A stretch of 64,000 nt of DNA from an uncultured Gammaproteobacteria bacterium (lineage in GTDB: Bacteria > Pseudomonadota > Gammaproteobacteria > UBA6002). The stretch is from assembly GCA_963705725.1 (NCBI GenBank), contig CAVPKM010000009.1:1-64000 (forward strand). The letters are read 5' to 3'. Under the pieces are notes generated by a model. The model worked only from the letters and a program-made list of their open reading frames with translations, searched no databases and was not told where the DNA came from. Positions within the stretch are counted from its first letter, which is position 1. Every line of letters begins with the position of its first letter. A program made the translations under genes and the position numbers. Of this stretch, positions 20,337-33,150 are shown piece by piece.

Positions 20337-21962
20337 TTACGTCGCACTTATCAAATGGTTTAGCTCTCCCATAGTCACAAGCTCACGTCTATCAAGCTCT
20401 TCTTGCTGTTCTCTGGTAGGTTGTGATGGTGATAAAGCATTTTTAAAAAAACTAAATGCCGAATTAGGCACACTTCTTAATGCCTGACAGGTGGTCATAA
20501 AACTATCATAATAACTATTAGGTTCGCAGTTATGGCCAAAAGACTGCTTACTGTATATTTCAACTACTTCAGTGTCAGGCAAAGCTGCCAGTGAATTTTC
20601 AGGAGGAATTTTAACCGTCTCTTCAACGAATTTTTCCAAAAAATCGTCATCTGGCATTGTTCCAATGACGCACATTAAGCGAAAAATCATTTGATTGTGT
20701 GATACACCAACAGCGGTAGATAATTCATTTGATTTGTAAAGATATTTATTGAGTAGATACTTAATAAACATCATAGACTCATAGATAACCACAGACAAAT
20801 CAAGAGAATTAATTCCCCAAGCCGCTCCACCACCAATTAATAATGACTGCCAAGCAGTTTGAATAGTTTCTTCTTCAAAAAGATATTTTCCAACAATCCT
20901 AGAAGCGCCACCTAATGAGAAAAAGGCCAATGCCAAGCTTACACCAATTAACAGTCTTTCTGCATTACGTGAAATTTTTTTTAATCGGATTTCGACTGAA
21001 TTATCTACTAAGATTGGATCTGAAATGAGGTCAAATAATGTATCGGTTAAATTACCAACAGCAGAAATCAGCAAAAACCATCTTAAAAATCCACCTGTCA
21101 TAGCACACGTAGTTCCTAAGAAGTTAAGAATATCCCCCCAAAAATTGACTGATTCAACATGGGGTATCGCAGATCTAGCTGACGCAAAAAAAGCTGTAGC
21201 GTAGCCAATGTCATAGGCATAAGCAATATATTTGGCCATATTTCTAAATAAAGGATAATTTCTTCTTACTAAAATTCCTTGGCTTAACAGCTTGATATCG
21301 GAGTCACTCAGCTTCATACCGACCAAACATAAATTGAGCGCTTTCAGCATCTGAAATTTATATGCTTCTGCCCATTTTTTTCTATTCTCATCAGTTTTAG
21401 TCAGGTTATACAGACCACGAAAATTTAAGGCAGACATGGTAATAACCTGGATAATTTCCATGACAATTAATTTAACTAATCCTTTATCCTTATTCGTATC
21501 ATAAACAAATTTGCTATTCGGTAAGGCACTGATCAACGCAATCAAAGCTTGGATAATTATAGAGCGACGAGAAGCCTTTTCCTCAACCGTCAAAAGTTCG
21601 CCGTTTCTTTTTTTAAAAATTTTATCTTTACAAACATAAAACGTTCCACATGTTGACCTAGTATTAATAGCAGTATTTACAACCAATCCGATTGTGCCGC
21701 AAAAATAACCAAAATCAGTTGCTGCTTGCTTTGACAGAAGCCCTAATTTAAGAACAAAATTTTGAATATATTCAACACTAAAGTCAAAGTGATACTCACT
21801 TGCAAAAACTGCTACCACACTCGCTCCCGTCACTAATGCAAGCTCACTCAAAGGATACTGCTCTGGCTCAAGAAATTTTGCCAATGCTTGATAGGCAGCA
21901 ATTGCGGCTTTATCTTCTGGAGTTTGTTCTGGTGAAATAGCTTCGAAATCTTGCATAAACAC
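20337..21962 (-). CDS. Multi-TM hypothetical protein, putative effector
   Basis: Several hydrophobic segments; C-terminal FSFF followed by an acidic stretch. Confidence 0.55.
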   Translation of the reverse strand: MFMQDFEAISPEQTPEDKAAIAAYQALAKFLEPEQYPLSELALVTGASVVAVFASEYHFDFSVEYIQNFVLKLGLLSKQAATDFGYFCGTIGLVVNTAINTRSTCGTFYVCKDKIFKKRNGELLTVEEKASRRSIIIQALIALISALPNSKFVYDTNKDKGLVKLIVMEIIQVITMSALNFRGLYNLTKTDENRKKWAEAYKFQMLKALNLCLVGMKLSDSDIKLLSQGILVRRNYPLFRNMAKYIAYAYDIGYATAFFASARSAIPHVESVNFWGDILNFLGTTCAMTGGFLRWFLLISAVGNLTDTLFDLISDPILVDNSVEIRLKKISRNAERLLIGVSLALAFFSLGGASRIVGKYLFEEETIQTAWQSLLIGGGAAWGINSLDLSVVIYESMMFIKYLLNKYLYKSNELSTAVGVSHNQMIFRLMCVIGTMPDDDFLEKFVEETVKIPPENSLAALPDTEVVEIYSKQSFGHNCEPNSYYDSFMTTCQALRSVPNSAFSFFKNALSPSQPTREQQEELDRRELVTMGELNHLISAT

Positions 21963-22246
21963 ACCCTATAGGTTCTGGTTATTACTAGCTCACAATTCAG
22001 CAAAATCGGCTTACTAATTCCTGAACAGTGACATTATTTGAGAGAAAGTTATGAAGGTTTGTGCGAATTTTAGCACAGGCACTGTGGGCTAACTAAAGAA
22101 TTCATTTTGATTCGAAGTCTAATTGGTTCATTTAATTTTTTCTTAAGAAAAACGACCGTGAACACCGACACGCTATAAAAGCGCATCGGTGAATAACACA
22201 CAAAGTAGCACCAAAATAATGTTAAGACAGACGCAAGGGTAGTGAC

Positions 22247-23116
22247 TTACCAACCGGTTATCTCTGCTACCCCTTTGCCAATTTCTGCAGGAGATTTAAC
22301 AATGTGAACGCCTGCATTTTGCAGTGCTTTGAATTTTTCTGCCGCTGTTCCTTTTCCACCCGAAATAATCGCACCAGCATGACCCATACGTTTTCCTGGA
22401 GGTGCGGTTACACCTGCAATGTAAGAAACAACCGGTTTAGATATGCGCTTGATATAATCTGCAGCTTCTTCCTCAGCAGTGCCACCAATTTCTCCCACCA
22501 TGATAATGGCTTCAGTTTTATCATCTTTTTCGAACATAGCGAGAACATCAATAAAATTAGTTCCCGGTATGGGATCACCACCAATTCCAACACAAGTGCT
22601 TTGACCAAAACCGAGATCAGTTGTTTGTTTGACTGCTTCATAGGTTAACGTTCCCGATCTTGAAACGATACCTACACGACCTGGCTGATGAATGTGTCCT
22701 GGCATAATGCCGATTTTACATTCTCCAGGAGTGATCACCCCTGGACAGTTAGGGCCAATTATGCGAGCACCTCGCTCATCTGCGTAGATTTTTACCGCTA
22801 ACATATCCAGTACTGGCACACCTTCTGTAATACAGATGATTAGCTTAATGCCAGCATCTACCGCCTCAAGGATGGAATCCTTGCAAAATGGTGCAGGAAC
22901 ATAGATAACACTGGCATCAGCTCCTGTTGCTATCACCGCATCGCGTACTGTATTGAAAACAGGTAACCCTAAGTGTTGCTCCCCGCCTTTTCCTGGCGTG
23001 ACTCCTCCCACCATCTTAGTGCCATATTCTATCGCTTGTTGCGAATGAAACGTTCCTTGCTTACCTGTAAAGCCTTGGCAAATCACTTTTGTTTCTTTAT
23101 TGATTAAAATACTCAT
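22247..23116 (-). CDS. sucD: Succinyl-CoA synthetase alpha subunit
   Basis: [24 protein letters not shown]. Confidence 0.97.
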   Translation of the reverse strand: MSILINKETKVICQGFTGKQGTFHSQQAIEYGTKMVGGVTPGKGGEQHLGLPVFNTVRDAVIATGADASVIYVPAPFCKDSILEAVDAGIKLIICITEGVPVLDMLAVKIYADERGARIIGPNCPGVITPGECKIGIMPGHIHQPGRVGIVSRSGTLTYEAVKQTTDLGFGQSTCVGIGGDPIPGTNFIDVLAMFEKDDKTEAIIMVGEIGGTAEEEAADYIKRISKPVVSYIAGVTAPPGKRMGHAGAIISGGKGTAAEKFKALQNAGVHIVKSPAEIGKGVAEITGW

Positions 23117-24294
23117 GCTGTTGCCCCCTGAGTCGCATTAACGGCTTTCACTACTTTTTGTGCTGCATCAGTGAAATTCTTTGCAGCGATAATATTAAGA
23201 CCGCTATCTTCAAGTTTTTTTGCGCCAAGTTCAGCATTATTGCCTTCTAAACGTACCACAACAGGAATTTTAATACCCACTTCTGCTACTGCGCTGATAA
23301 TACCATCTGCAATAAGGTCACAACGTACAATACCGCCAAAAATATTGACTAATACAGCTTTTACTTTTTTATCAGATAAAATAATTTTAAATGCTTCCGT
23401 CACACGCTCCTTGGTTGCTCCACCACCCACATCTAAAAAGTTCGCTGGTTGTCCGCCATTTAATTTAATTAAATCCATTGTTGCCATGGCAAGACCTGCT
23501 CCATTGACCATGCAACCGATATCGCCTTCAAGCGCAATGTAATTTAGCTCCCATTGTTGTGCTCGTGTTTCACGCTCATCCTCTTGACTCGTATCGCGCA
23601 TACCCCGAATTTCTGATTGTCGGTAAAGCGCATTATCATCAATATTAATTTTGCCATCGAGGCAAACTAAATTTCCATCCTTGGTAATCACTAATGGATT
23701 AATTTCTACTAAACTTAAATCGCACTCTACAAACATTTTATAAAGTCCTGTTAATAAAGAAATTAATTGCTTGATCTGTTCGGGTTGTAGATTTAGCGAA
23801 AAACCTAATTCTCTGCATTGATATGGCATGATGCCAACTAATGGATCAATGCTAAGATAACTAATTTTCTCAGGTGAAGTTTCCGCAACTTTCTCAATTT
23901 CTACTCCGCCTTCTGTCGACGCCATAAAGACAACGCGTTGCAGTGATCGGTCTACCACTGCACCAATATAAAGTTCCTTGCTAATTTGGCTTAATTCTTC
24001 AATTAATACCTGATGAATGGGTTGGCCTTCCGGTCCGGTTTGATAAGTAACTAACCTTGTTCCGATCATTTCTTTAATTGTTTTTTTTAGCTCATCCTTA
24101 CCAGAAACGAGTTTGACACCTCCTGCCTTTCCTCTTCCACCTGCATGGACTTGAGCCTTTACCACAAAGCGGTCTCCTCCCATTCGGTTGGCTACATCTA
24201 CGCCTTCTTCTTGGCTGCGAACAGCTTCGCCCATTGGGACGGGCAACCCATATTTTTCAAACAATTTTTTAGCTTGATGTTCATGTATATTCAT
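23113..24294 (-). CDS. sucC: Succinyl-CoA synthetase beta subunit
   Basis: MNIHEHQAK start, [23 protein letters not shown]. Confidence 0.97.
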   Translation of the reverse strand: MNIHEHQAKKLFEKYGLPVPMGEAVRSQEEGVDVANRMGGDRFVVKAQVHAGGRGKAGGVKLVSGKDELKKTIKEMIGTRLVTYQTGPEGQPIHQVLIEELSQISKELYIGAVVDRSLQRVVFMASTEGGVEIEKVAETSPEKISYLSIDPLVGIMPYQCRELGFSLNLQPEQIKQLISLLTGLYKMFVECDLSLVEINPLVITKDGNLVCLDGKINIDDNALYRQSEIRGMRDTSQEDERETRAQQWELNYIALEGDIGCMVNGAGLAMATMDLIKLNGGQPANFLDVGGGATKERVTEAFKIILSDKKVKAVLVNIFGGIVRCDLIADGIISAVAEVGIKIPVVVRLEGNNAELGAKKLEDSGLNIIAAKNFTDAAQKVVKAVNATQGATA

Positions 24295-24357
24295 ATAATA
24301 AATTTCCAAATAGTTACAATGCTTAACCATTTAGCACAATGGACGTTCAATCCTGTG

Positions 24358-25536
24358 CTACAGTTCTAATAATAATCGGGCAGGATCTTCTAGTATCTGC
24401 TTGATTGCCACTAAGAAGCTAACCGATTCTCGACCATCAATAATACGGTGATCGTATGACAATGCGACATACATCATGGGTCGAATGACGACTTGGCCAT
24501 TTTCTGCAACAGGACGTTGCACAATGTTATGCATACCCAAAATTCCGCTTTGAGGAGGGTTGAGTATGGGTGTGGACATTAATGAGCCAAATATTCCTCC
24601 GTTAGTGATAGTGAAGGTCCCGCCCGTCATTTCTTCTAACGTCAGTTTGCCTTCTTTTGCTTTAGCTGCATAAGCACCGATTGATGCTTCAATTGAAGCC
24701 ATGCTCATACTATCCGCATCTCTTAATACAGGCACCACCAGTCCTCGTGGTGAAGAAACAGCAATACCGATATCGTAGTAACCATGATAAACAATATCTT
24801 GGCCATCGATTGATGCATTAACTGCAGGAAATCGTTTTAACGCCTCCACGGTTGCCTTGACAAAAAATGACATAAACCCTAACCGTTCATTGTGCACTTT
24901 TTCAAATTGGTCTTTATATTTTGTACGAATTTCCATAACAGGATGCATATTGATTTCATTAAATGTCGTTAGCATCGCTGCATTCTGCTGAGCCGCAACT
25001 AAGCGCTCCGCAATTTTTGCTCTTAAACGAGACATTGGCACGCGCTTTTCTGGCCTTTCACCCTCTAAAAACTCCGCTTCTATCTTAGCGGGTGGTTGTT
25101 CTTTTGTTTGAAGATGTGTGAGAATATCTTCTTTCTGCAAACGTCCTCCCTTTCCGGAGCCTTTAATCTCACTCGTCTTGAGATCATGTTCTGTTATTAA
25201 GCGCCTAACAGAGGGACTTAGCCCTTCTGACAATTGGGCTTCTGGTTTTGCGGCTTCTGATTTAGTCTCTGTTTTTTCTGGCTTGTTAACCGCTGCTTTA
25301 TCAGAAGAAATCAGGCCTAGCAGCTCGTCTCCTTTGACTGTTGAACCCTCAGGTTTAATAATTTCTTGAAGTACTCCATCCCCTGGTGCAGGCACTTCTA
25401 ACATGACCTTATCGGTTTCTAAATCTACTAAATTTTCATCACGTTTTACGAATTCGCCAGGTTTTTTATACCATTTAGCCACAGTAGCATCTGCTACCGA
25501 TTCAGGTAACATGGGTACCTTCACTTCAACAGACAT
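24358..25536 (-). CDS. sucB: 2-oxoglutarate dehydrogenase E2
   Basis: Lipoyl motif ETDKV; [10 protein letters not shown]. Confidence 0.97.
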   Translation of the reverse strand: MSVEVKVPMLPESVADATVAKWYKKPGEFVKRDENLVDLETDKVMLEVPAPGDGVLQEIIKPEGSTVKGDELLGLISSDKAAVNKPEKTETKSEAAKPEAQLSEGLSPSVRRLITEHDLKTSEIKGSGKGGRLQKEDILTHLQTKEQPPAKIEAEFLEGERPEKRVPMSRLRAKIAERLVAAQQNAAMLTTFNEINMHPVMEIRTKYKDQFEKVHNERLGFMSFFVKATVEALKRFPAVNASIDGQDIVYHGYYDIGIAVSSPRGLVVPVLRDADSMSMASIEASIGAYAAKAKEGKLTLEEMTGGTFTITNGGIFGSLMSTPILNPPQSGILGMHNIVQRPVAENGQVVIRPMMYVALSYDHRIIDGRESVSFLVAIKQILEDPARLLLEL

Positions 25537-25624
25537 TGTTTTTTCCTTTTAGTTTGATTAATTATTCATCGCCTCTCAAGGCTTGATATCGAAAGGTGGA
25601 AACAGACTTTTTTACAAGAAAGTA

Positions 25625-28437
25625 TTATTTTAGCGCCTCAGCCACCAGCTCTATTTGCTGTTTCTTGTGCAATGCTGGATAACCTGCAGCAGGCGACGCA
25701 GAAGCAGGCCTTCCGGCATAACTTAACTCTTGCCCTTTTTGCAGACAAGCTAACAAACGATCACGTGAAATAAACCATGCGCCCTGATTTTTAGGCTCTT
25801 CCTGACACCAAACGATGCATTTCGTTTGCTGGTATTTCGCGAGTATGGCTTGCAATTCTTCATAGGGAAAAGGATACAATTGTTCTATTCGCACGATAGC
25901 TATGTCTTCTTTTTTCTCTCTCGCCGCTTACTAAGCAAATCATAATAAACTTTCCCACAACACAATACGACTTTTCGGACTTTTTCTGGTTTAATTTCAT
26001 CCACTTCTGGAATGATTAATTGAAATTTCCCATGCGCCAAATCATTTAATGATGAAACAGCAAGCTTATGCCTTAATAAGCTCTTTGGTGTCATAACAAT
26101 CAAAGGAAGGCGTAAAGGCCGGATAACTTGCCGCCTTAATAAATGAAAAATTTGTGCCGGAGTGGTAGGAGTACAAACTTGCATATTGTACTGAGCGCAT
26201 AACTGTAAATAGCGTTCTAAACGGGCAGAAGAATGCTCTGGTCCCATTCCTTCATATCCATGAGGTAGCAGCATGACAAGATGACTCAGTTGTTTCCATT
26301 TTTGCCAGCCAGAACTAATGAATTGATCTATTATTACTTGTGCGCCATTCGCAAAATCTCCGAATTGAGCTTCCCAAATGACCAAAGCATTGGGGCTGGT
26401 TTTGGAATAACCATATTCAAAACCAAGCACTCCCTCTTCAGACAATAATGAATCATAAACTTGAAATATTACCCCTTCTTTCGGTAATTGCTTGAGCGGG
26501 ATATAAGTTTCACCCGTTTTCTGATTATGTAAGACTACATGCCGATGACCAAAAGTTCCGCGGCAACAATCTTGACCAGTAATTCGCACTGGATAACCTT
26601 GATCTAACAAGGTTGCATAAGCCATGGTCTCAGCATAACCCCAATCTAATGGCAAATGGCCTGCCGTCATTTGTGATCGAGCTTCCATCATGTTGCTTAC
26701 CTGCCTCTGCAATTCAAAATGGCTTGGCAAGTTTTCAATTTTTCGAGCTAATTTATAAAGGTTATCTTTAGCGACAGAGGTGTCAGCAACGATATGAACT
26801 TCCTGATTCATGAATTGCGTCCAATTTTCTGAACGTCGATTAGGATTGGTGACCAAATTAACAATGGTTTGCTCTCCGCGATCCATTGCATTTCGATATT
26901 GATCAATTAAATTGTTTGTATCTTTCTCTGTTAGTATTCCATCGTTGACTAACTTTCTTGCATAAATCTCACGCGTTGAGGGGCGAGATCGTATTTTCTG
27001 ATACATAATTGGCTGGGTAGCAGATGGCTCATCCGCTTCATTATGGCCATGAAGACGATAACAAACAAAGTCAATGACAATATCTTTATTAAATTTATTA
27101 CGATAATCCGTTGCAAGCTTTGCAAGAAACACGACCGCTTCTGAATCATCAGCATTAACATGAAATACAGGAGCATCGATCATTTTGGCAATATCCGTAC
27201 AATACAATGAAGAACGAATATCCTTAGGATTACTGGTTGTGAAGCCTACTTGATTATTAATCACGATATGGATTGAACCGCCTATATAGTAAGCGTTTGT
27301 CTGTGACATATTGAGGGTTTCCAACACAATGCCTTGTCCTGAAAATGCGGCATCGCCATGAACTTGTATCGGTAAAACCTGACTGCCATGATAATCATAA
27401 TTTCGATCTTGCCTGGCTCTTACCGAACCCATAGCAACGGAAGAAATGATTTCTAGATGAGAGGGATTTGCAGCTAAAAATAGGTGAACATCGCCCCCTG
27501 GAGTGGCAACATCAGAGGAAAAACCCAAGTGATACTTCACATCCCCTGAAGTCAGCCCATAATCCTTCTTACCTTCAAACTCTTGGATAAGTTCTTCCGG
27601 GGATTTGCCCATAATATTTAACAGAACATTTAATCGGCCCCGATGCGCCATTCCAATCACAACTTCCTTAACGCTCGCGCTACCTGCATATTGAATAATC
27701 TTATGAATGAAAGGAATAAAGGATTCACCACCTTCAAGGGAAAACCTTTTTTGTCCAACAAACCGATTTCCCAAATATCGTTCAAGCCCTTCTGCAGCGG
27801 TTAGTAATGTTAAAATTTCACATTTCTCATCATCGTTGATCGCTTCAGAAAATTGTCGCTGTTCTAAATACTGCTGGAGCCATTCCACCTCTTCTTGGTT
27901 GCGAATATACATATATTCCGCTCCAATCGAAGCGGTATAGACGTTTTGTAACTTCAAGCAGATTTCTTTGAGAGAGCTTTCTTCCTTACCGGTAAGAGAT
28001 TTTGCATGAAACTGCTGACCATAATCATTGTCACTTAAATTATGGTGACTTAATTGAAGCTCCGGAACTTCTGGACGCTGCGCGCCAAGTGGATCAATTT
28101 TCGCAGCTAAATGTCCAAATCGACGATAAGCATTGATCAACTGGTTGACCTCAAACTGCTTTCTCTCTTTTACGACATCTGTGCTAACAGATAAATTTAA
28201 AGTGCGAGGTTGTTTGGCCAGCTGTAGAAAATAATTTTTAATATCGGCATGTGATATATCTAGTGTTCCAATATTAGAAACTTTTGGTAAAGACTCAAAA
28301 AACTGCTGCCACTCTTGGGGAACATTTTCTGGATTTTTTAAATATATCTCATACAGCGCTTCAATGTAGGTCGCATTACCACCGGATAAATAAGAGGTTG
28401 CGCGAAGCGCCTTCATGCTATTACTGTTATCTTGCAT
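25625..28437 (-). CDS. sucA: 2-oxoglutarate dehydrogenase E1, 1-nt frameshift in an A-run near 25912
   Basis: GMAHRGRLN, HGDAAF, WEAQFGDF, GPEHSSAR; C-terminus continues in 25625-25894. Confidence 0.95.
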
Positions 28438-28488
28438 CGGTTAAGCCCTTAATTTATAGCCAATCTAGGGATGAAAAATCCCAAATTA

Positions 28489-29187
28489 TTATACTGCCCT
28501 TTCAACCATTTCTCGCCTAATGTGTCCAATTGCCTTTGCAGGATTTAAGCCCTTCGGACAGGCATCAACGCAATTCATAATTGTACGACATCTAAAAAGT
28601 TTATAGGCATTTTGCAGATCATCTAATCTTGCTTCTGTTTGGTTATCGCGCGTATCCATAAGGAAACGACAAACCCAAAGCAGAGCAGCAGGTCCTAAAA
28701 ATTTATCGGGATTCCACCAGTAGGATGGGCAGGAACTGGAACAACATGCGCATAAAATGCATTCATATAGTCCATCAAGTTTCGCTCGATCTTCGGGTGA
28801 TTGAAGCCGCTCTTCGGTGGGTGCTTCTCCATCATTGAGTAGAAAAGGCTTGGCCTTACCATACTGTTCATAAAATTGTGTCATATCCACAATGAGATCA
28901 CGGACAACTGGAAAACCTGGCAACGGCCTTAAAATAACGTGCTCAGGCAAGTCTGTTAAAGAAGTCATACAAGCCAGACAATTTTTTCCATTGATATTCA
29001 TCCCATCGGAACCACAAACACCTTCACCACAAGAACGTCTAAACCCCAGTGTGGGATCTTCTTCCTTAAGCGCTTCCAATGCATGAAGCACCATTTTTCC
29101 TTTAAGTTTGCTGTGGTCTAAAATGAAATCCTGCATGTAGGGGGTTTTATCTGTTTCCGGATTGAATCGATATATAGTAAATTTCAT
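28489..29187 (-). CDS. sdhB: Succinate dehydrogenase iron-sulfur subunit
   Basis: SCGEGVCGSD, CILCACCSSSCP, CRTIMNC. Confidence 0.97.
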   Translation of the reverse strand: MKFTIYRFNPETDKTPYMQDFILDHSKLKGKMVLHALEALKEEDPTLGFRRSCGEGVCGSDGMNINGKNCLACMTSLTDLPEHVILRPLPGFPVVRDLIVDMTQFYEQYGKAKPFLLNDGEAPTEERLQSPEDRAKLDGLYECILCACCSSSCPSYWWNPDKFLGPAALLWVCRFLMDTRDNQTEARLDDLQNAYKLFRCRTIMNCVDACPKGLNPAKAIGHIRREMVERAV

Positions 29188-30959
29188 TAATGCTCTCTCT
29201 CTTCAAGTGGAAAAGGTTCGACTTCACGTGGTTTCATATTCACTTCACGAAAAGCCACTCGACCATCTGCAAAATAAATGGAATGCTTTAACCAGTTTTT
29301 ATCATCTCGATCCGGATAATCCAATCTCGAATGTGCCCCACGACTTTCCGTTCTGATATTAGCAAGAACTGCAGAAGCTTTGGCAACAGCAATTAAGTTA
29401 TCTAATTCTAACGCCTCGATTCGAGCAGTATTAAAAATCTGACTAGTATCTGCTAACACCGTCTGTTTGGATTGTGTCTCAATCGCTTCTAAATGTTTAA
29501 GCCCCTCTTGCATATGCTCGCCCGTTCTAAATACACCAAAATCTTCTTGCATCACTTTTTGCATATCAGCACGAACTTTAAAAACTTCGAACCCTTCTTT
29601 ATTAGTTTCTAATCGATTTAATCTAACTAATGCTGCATCGATATCATCGTCACTAACCACTGGCATATCATAGCCAGCTTTTAAAATTTCTTCTAAGTGC
29701 AGCCCAACTGCTCGGCCAAATACCACAATATCGAGCAAGGAATTGGCGCCTAGACGATTTGCACCATGTACTGAAACACAAGCGCATTCTCCTGCTGCAA
29801 ACAAGCCATCAATCAGTTTGTCTTTTCCATCTTGATCAACAGTTAAGGCTTGCCCAAAAATATTGGTAGGGATTCCTCCCATCATATAATGACAGGTCGG
29901 AACAACGGGAATCGGTTCCTTGCGAATATCTACGCCTGCAAATGTTCTTGCTAATTCAGTGATACCCGGCAAACGCGTCTTGAGTACTTCATCGCTTAGG
30001 TGATCGAGCTTTAATAGCACATAATCACCATGAGGCCCGGCACCCCTTCCTTCTCGAATTTCCATCATGGAAGAACGGGAAACGACGTCACGACATGACA
30101 AATCTTTAAGATGTGGCGCATAGCGCTCCATAAAACGCTCGCCATTTTTATTAACTAAGTACCCGCCTTCACCTCTCGCACCTTCGGTAATCAATACTCC
30201 AACGCCAGCAATACCTGTCGGATGAAATTGCCACATTTCCATATCTTGAACCGGGTACCCAGCTCTAAGAGCTAGTCCCAGACCGTCTCCGGTATTCGTA
30301 TAAGCATTGGTAGTAGTAGAAAAAATTCGTCCCGCTCCGCCAGTGGCAAGCACTGTTGTGCGTGATTTTAAGAAACATACTTCACCAGTTTCAATGCAAA
30401 GGGCAATCACCCCTGCCACTCCGCCGGTTGATGATTTAACTAAATCCACCGCATACCATTCGCTATACACATTAGTTTTTGCTTGTAGATTTTTTTGATA
30501 AAGCGTGTGCAACATAGCATGACCAGTACGATCTGCCGCGGCACAGGTCCGATGCGCTAAGTCACCACCAAAATTTAGTGTCTGCCCGCCAAAGGCTCGC
30601 TGATAGATTTTACCTGCTTTATTGCGCGAAAAAGGCAGACCCATATGCTCAAGTTCATAAACAGTTGCTGGCGCATGCTTGCACATATATTCAATTGCAT
30701 CTTGATCTCCCAAGAAATCGGAACCCATGATGGTGTCATACATATGCCAACGCCAATCATCAATTCCATCAGTATTTCCTAAAGCGGCATTAATTCCACC
30801 CTGGGCAGAAACGGTATGCGAACGAGTTGGAAACACTTTCGATATTAAAGCGACTTTCAGTCCGGATTGCGCTAATTGCAAAGAGGCACGCATGCCTGCG
30901 CCTCCGGCACCGATTATAATGGCATCAAATTCACGCTGTGCTATTCGGTCTACTGGCAT
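29187..30959 (-). CDS. sdhA: Succinate dehydrogenase flavoprotein
   Basis: [27 protein letters not shown]. Confidence 0.97.
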   Translation of the reverse strand: MPVDRIAQREFDAIIIGAGGAGMRASLQLAQSGLKVALISKVFPTRSHTVSAQGGINAALGNTDGIDDWRWHMYDTIMGSDFLGDQDAIEYMCKHAPATVYELEHMGLPFSRNKAGKIYQRAFGGQTLNFGGDLAHRTCAAADRTGHAMLHTLYQKNLQAKTNVYSEWYAVDLVKSSTGGVAGVIALCIETGEVCFLKSRTTVLATGGAGRIFSTTTNAYTNTGDGLGLALRAGYPVQDMEMWQFHPTGIAGVGVLITEGARGEGGYLVNKNGERFMERYAPHLKDLSCRDVVSRSSMMEIREGRGAGPHGDYVLLKLDHLSDEVLKTRLPGITELARTFAGVDIRKEPIPVVPTCHYMMGGIPTNIFGQALTVDQDGKDKLIDGLFAAGECACVSVHGANRLGANSLLDIVVFGRAVGLHLEEILKAGYDMPVVSDDDIDAALVRLNRLETNKEGFEVFKVRADMQKVMQEDFGVFRTGEHMQEGLKHLEAIETQSKQTVLADTSQIFNTARIEALELDNLIAVAKASAVLANIRTESRGAHSRLDYPDRDDKNWLKHSIYFADGRVAFREVNMKPREVEPFPLEEREH

Positions 30960-30963
30960 AGAA

Positions 30964-31311
30964 TCAAAATCCCCATAAAACGACAATGCCCCAAGCTAGG
31001 CAATAAAAAAATAGTATGGCTACTAATACCTGCAAAGTTAAGCGTAAGTAGCAACGTTTAATATAGTCTGTGAATACCGTCCACATCCCAATCCAAGCAT
31101 GAAGTAGAATACTGAAAAGAACTAATGCACTAAATATTTTTACTACGTTAAAAGAAAACAAGCCCTGCCATTCATCAAATTGCAATTGAGGATGAAGCAG
31201 GATATATCCAAAGATAATAAGAAAATAAATTGAAATAATGACGGATGTGACACGTTGAATTAACCAATCTCGCAATCCGCGATTACTCAAGCTTAAAATA
31301 TTATCTACCAT
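30964..31311 (-). CDS. sdhD: Succinate dehydrogenase membrane anchor
   Basis: [21 protein letters not shown]; start MVDN at 31311. Confidence 0.93.
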   Translation of the reverse strand: MVDNILSLSNRGLRDWLIQRVTSVIISIYFLIIFGYILLHPQLQFDEWQGLFSFNVVKIFSALVLFSILLHAWIGMWTVFTDYIKRCYLRLTLQVLVAILFFYCLAWGIVVLWGF

Positions 31312-31679
31312 AACCACACTCCTGTTGCCAGAATGAGAATGATTGCAATAATAAAAACAAGGTTTGCACCTTTTTGACCACCAGAATGCGTCTCCCCTAT
31401 TCCCATATCCATTAGCAAATGCCGAACACCTGCTATTAAATGAAAAATCACTGAAGCAAGAAGGATCCATGACAACAATTTCATGATCGGTGTATCAAGG
31501 CTTTCAACCAATTGCTGAAATTTTTCTCCTGAGCTTAATGACATATCCAGCGCAAAAATCAAAAAGGGAAGGTAAAGAAATAACATCACACCTGTAATCC
31601 GATGAAAAATCGAAACAATTGCTGTATTTGGATATTTATACTTGGTTACGTCTAAAAAAACAGGACGCTGATCTTTCAC
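31305..31679 (-). CDS. sdhC: Succinate dehydrogenase cytochrome b556 subunit
   Basis: RPV, SIFHRITG, HLIAGVRHLLMD. Confidence 0.93.
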   Translation of the reverse strand: MKDQRPVFLDVTKYKYPNTAIVSIFHRITGVMLFLYLPFLIFALDMSLSSGEKFQQLVESLDTPIMKLLSWILLASVIFHLIAGVRHLLMDMGIGETHSGGQKGANLVFIIAIILILATGVWLW

Positions 31680-31857
31680 ATCACTACTCCTTAAATTATC
31701 CTCAAAGGAAGGTAAAGCCCTAGCGAATGGCTACTGTATTTTTAACATAAATTTTTATAAATTAGAAAGGACTTTCTTTATCCTCTAACATTTTTGACAA
31801 TTTTAACTGTACTAAGCTATAGTCAGTCGATACAAATTAGCAAAGCGGGAGGCTATA

Positions 31858-33147
31858 ATGACACATAAAGTAGCAAAATTAAGTATTAATGACAAAACGC
31901 TTGAATTGCCCATTTACCATGGGACAATGGGTCCGCCTGTTATCGATATTAACCCATTAGCTAAGAACGAAATTTTTACCTTTGATCCCGGCTACATGTC
32001 GACCGCTTCTTGCGAATCCAAAATAACTTTTATCGATGGCGATGAAGGCATTTTACTTTATCGCGGCTACCCCATTGAACAGTTAGCTGAAAAATGCAAC
32101 TACATGGAAATTTGCTACTTACTGCTTAACGGCGAATTACCTGATAAAGAAGAAAAAAAAGAATTTGAAGATACGATTAGTTATCATGCTATGGTACACG
32201 AACAGCTTTACAATTTTTTAAACGGCTTTCGCCGTGATGCCCATCCAATGGCAATTATGCTAGGAGTAGTTGGGGCGCTTTCTGCTTTTTACCATGATTC
32301 TCTAGATATTAATAATGCCGAACATCGCGTCATTTCTGCCTATCGAATTATTTCTAAAATGCCGACCATTGCTGCCATGTGTTATAAATATTCAATTGGC
32401 CAGCCTTATATGTATTCACAAAATAGCATGAATTATTCTGAAAACTTTTTACATATGATGTTTGGCACCCCCTCTCAGCCATTTGAATCTAGCTCTATCT
32501 TGTCTAAGGCAATGGACAGAATTATGATTTTACATGCTGATCATGAGCAAAATGCTTCTACTTCAACAGTTAGATTAGCCGGTTCAACTGGAGCCAATCC
32601 TTTTGCTTGTATCTCAGCTGGAATTGCAGCGCTATGGGGCCCAGCGCATGGAGGGGCAAATGAAGCTGCGCTTAATATGCTACATGAGATCGGCAATGAG
32701 TCTCGTATTGGTGAGTACATTAAAAAAGCAAAAGACAAAGATGATCCATTCCGTTTAATGGGTTTTGGCCATCGAGTTTATAAAAACTATGACCCACGAG
32801 CTAAGGTCATGCGAGAAACTTGTCATGAAGTGCTGGAAGCTGTTGCTGGTCATGATAATCCCATTTTCAAACTTGCGCTTAAATTAGAAAAAATTGCGCT
32901 TGAAGACGATTATTTTGTAGAAAGAAAACTCTACCCAAACGTCGATTTTTACTCAGGCATTACCTTGAGCGCACTGGGCATCCCCACCAATATGTTCACG
33001 GTTATTTTTGCTATAGCAAGAACCGTCGGCTGGATTTCCAATTGGAATGAAATGATTAGCGATCCTAAAAGAAGATTAGGCAGACCAAGACAGCTTTATA
33101 CTGGCCCAACAAGACGAAATGTAAAGGACATTAACGAGCGAAGCTAA
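31858..33147 (+). CDS. gltA: Type II citrate synthase
   Basis: [36 protein letters not shown]. Confidence 0.97.
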   Translation: MTHKVAKLSINDKTLELPIYHGTMGPPVIDINPLAKNEIFTFDPGYMSTASCESKITFIDGDEGILLYRGYPIEQLAEKCNYMEICYLLLNGELPDKEEKKEFEDTISYHAMVHEQLYNFLNGFRRDAHPMAIMLGVVGALSAFYHDSLDINNAEHRVISAYRIISKMPTIAAMCYKYSIGQPYMYSQNSMNYSENFLHMMFGTPSQPFESSSILSKAMDRIMILHADHEQNASTSTVRLAGSTGANPFACISAGIAALWGPAHGGANEAALNMLHEIGNESRIGEYIKKAKDKDDPFRLMGFGHRVYKNYDPRAKVMRETCHEVLEAVAGHDNPIFKLALKLEKIALEDDYFVERKLYPNVDFYSGITLSALGIPTNMFTVIFAIARTVGWISNWNEMISDPKRRLGRPRQLYTGPTRRNVKDINERS

Positions 33148-33150
33148 AAA

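Noticed and set aside
25895-25925. sucA as a pseudogene (likewise glyA ~51910, dapD ~3690, aroK-luxR ~39564)
   Set aside because: Single-base indels, mostly in short homopolymers, in otherwise intact genes are typical long-read errors
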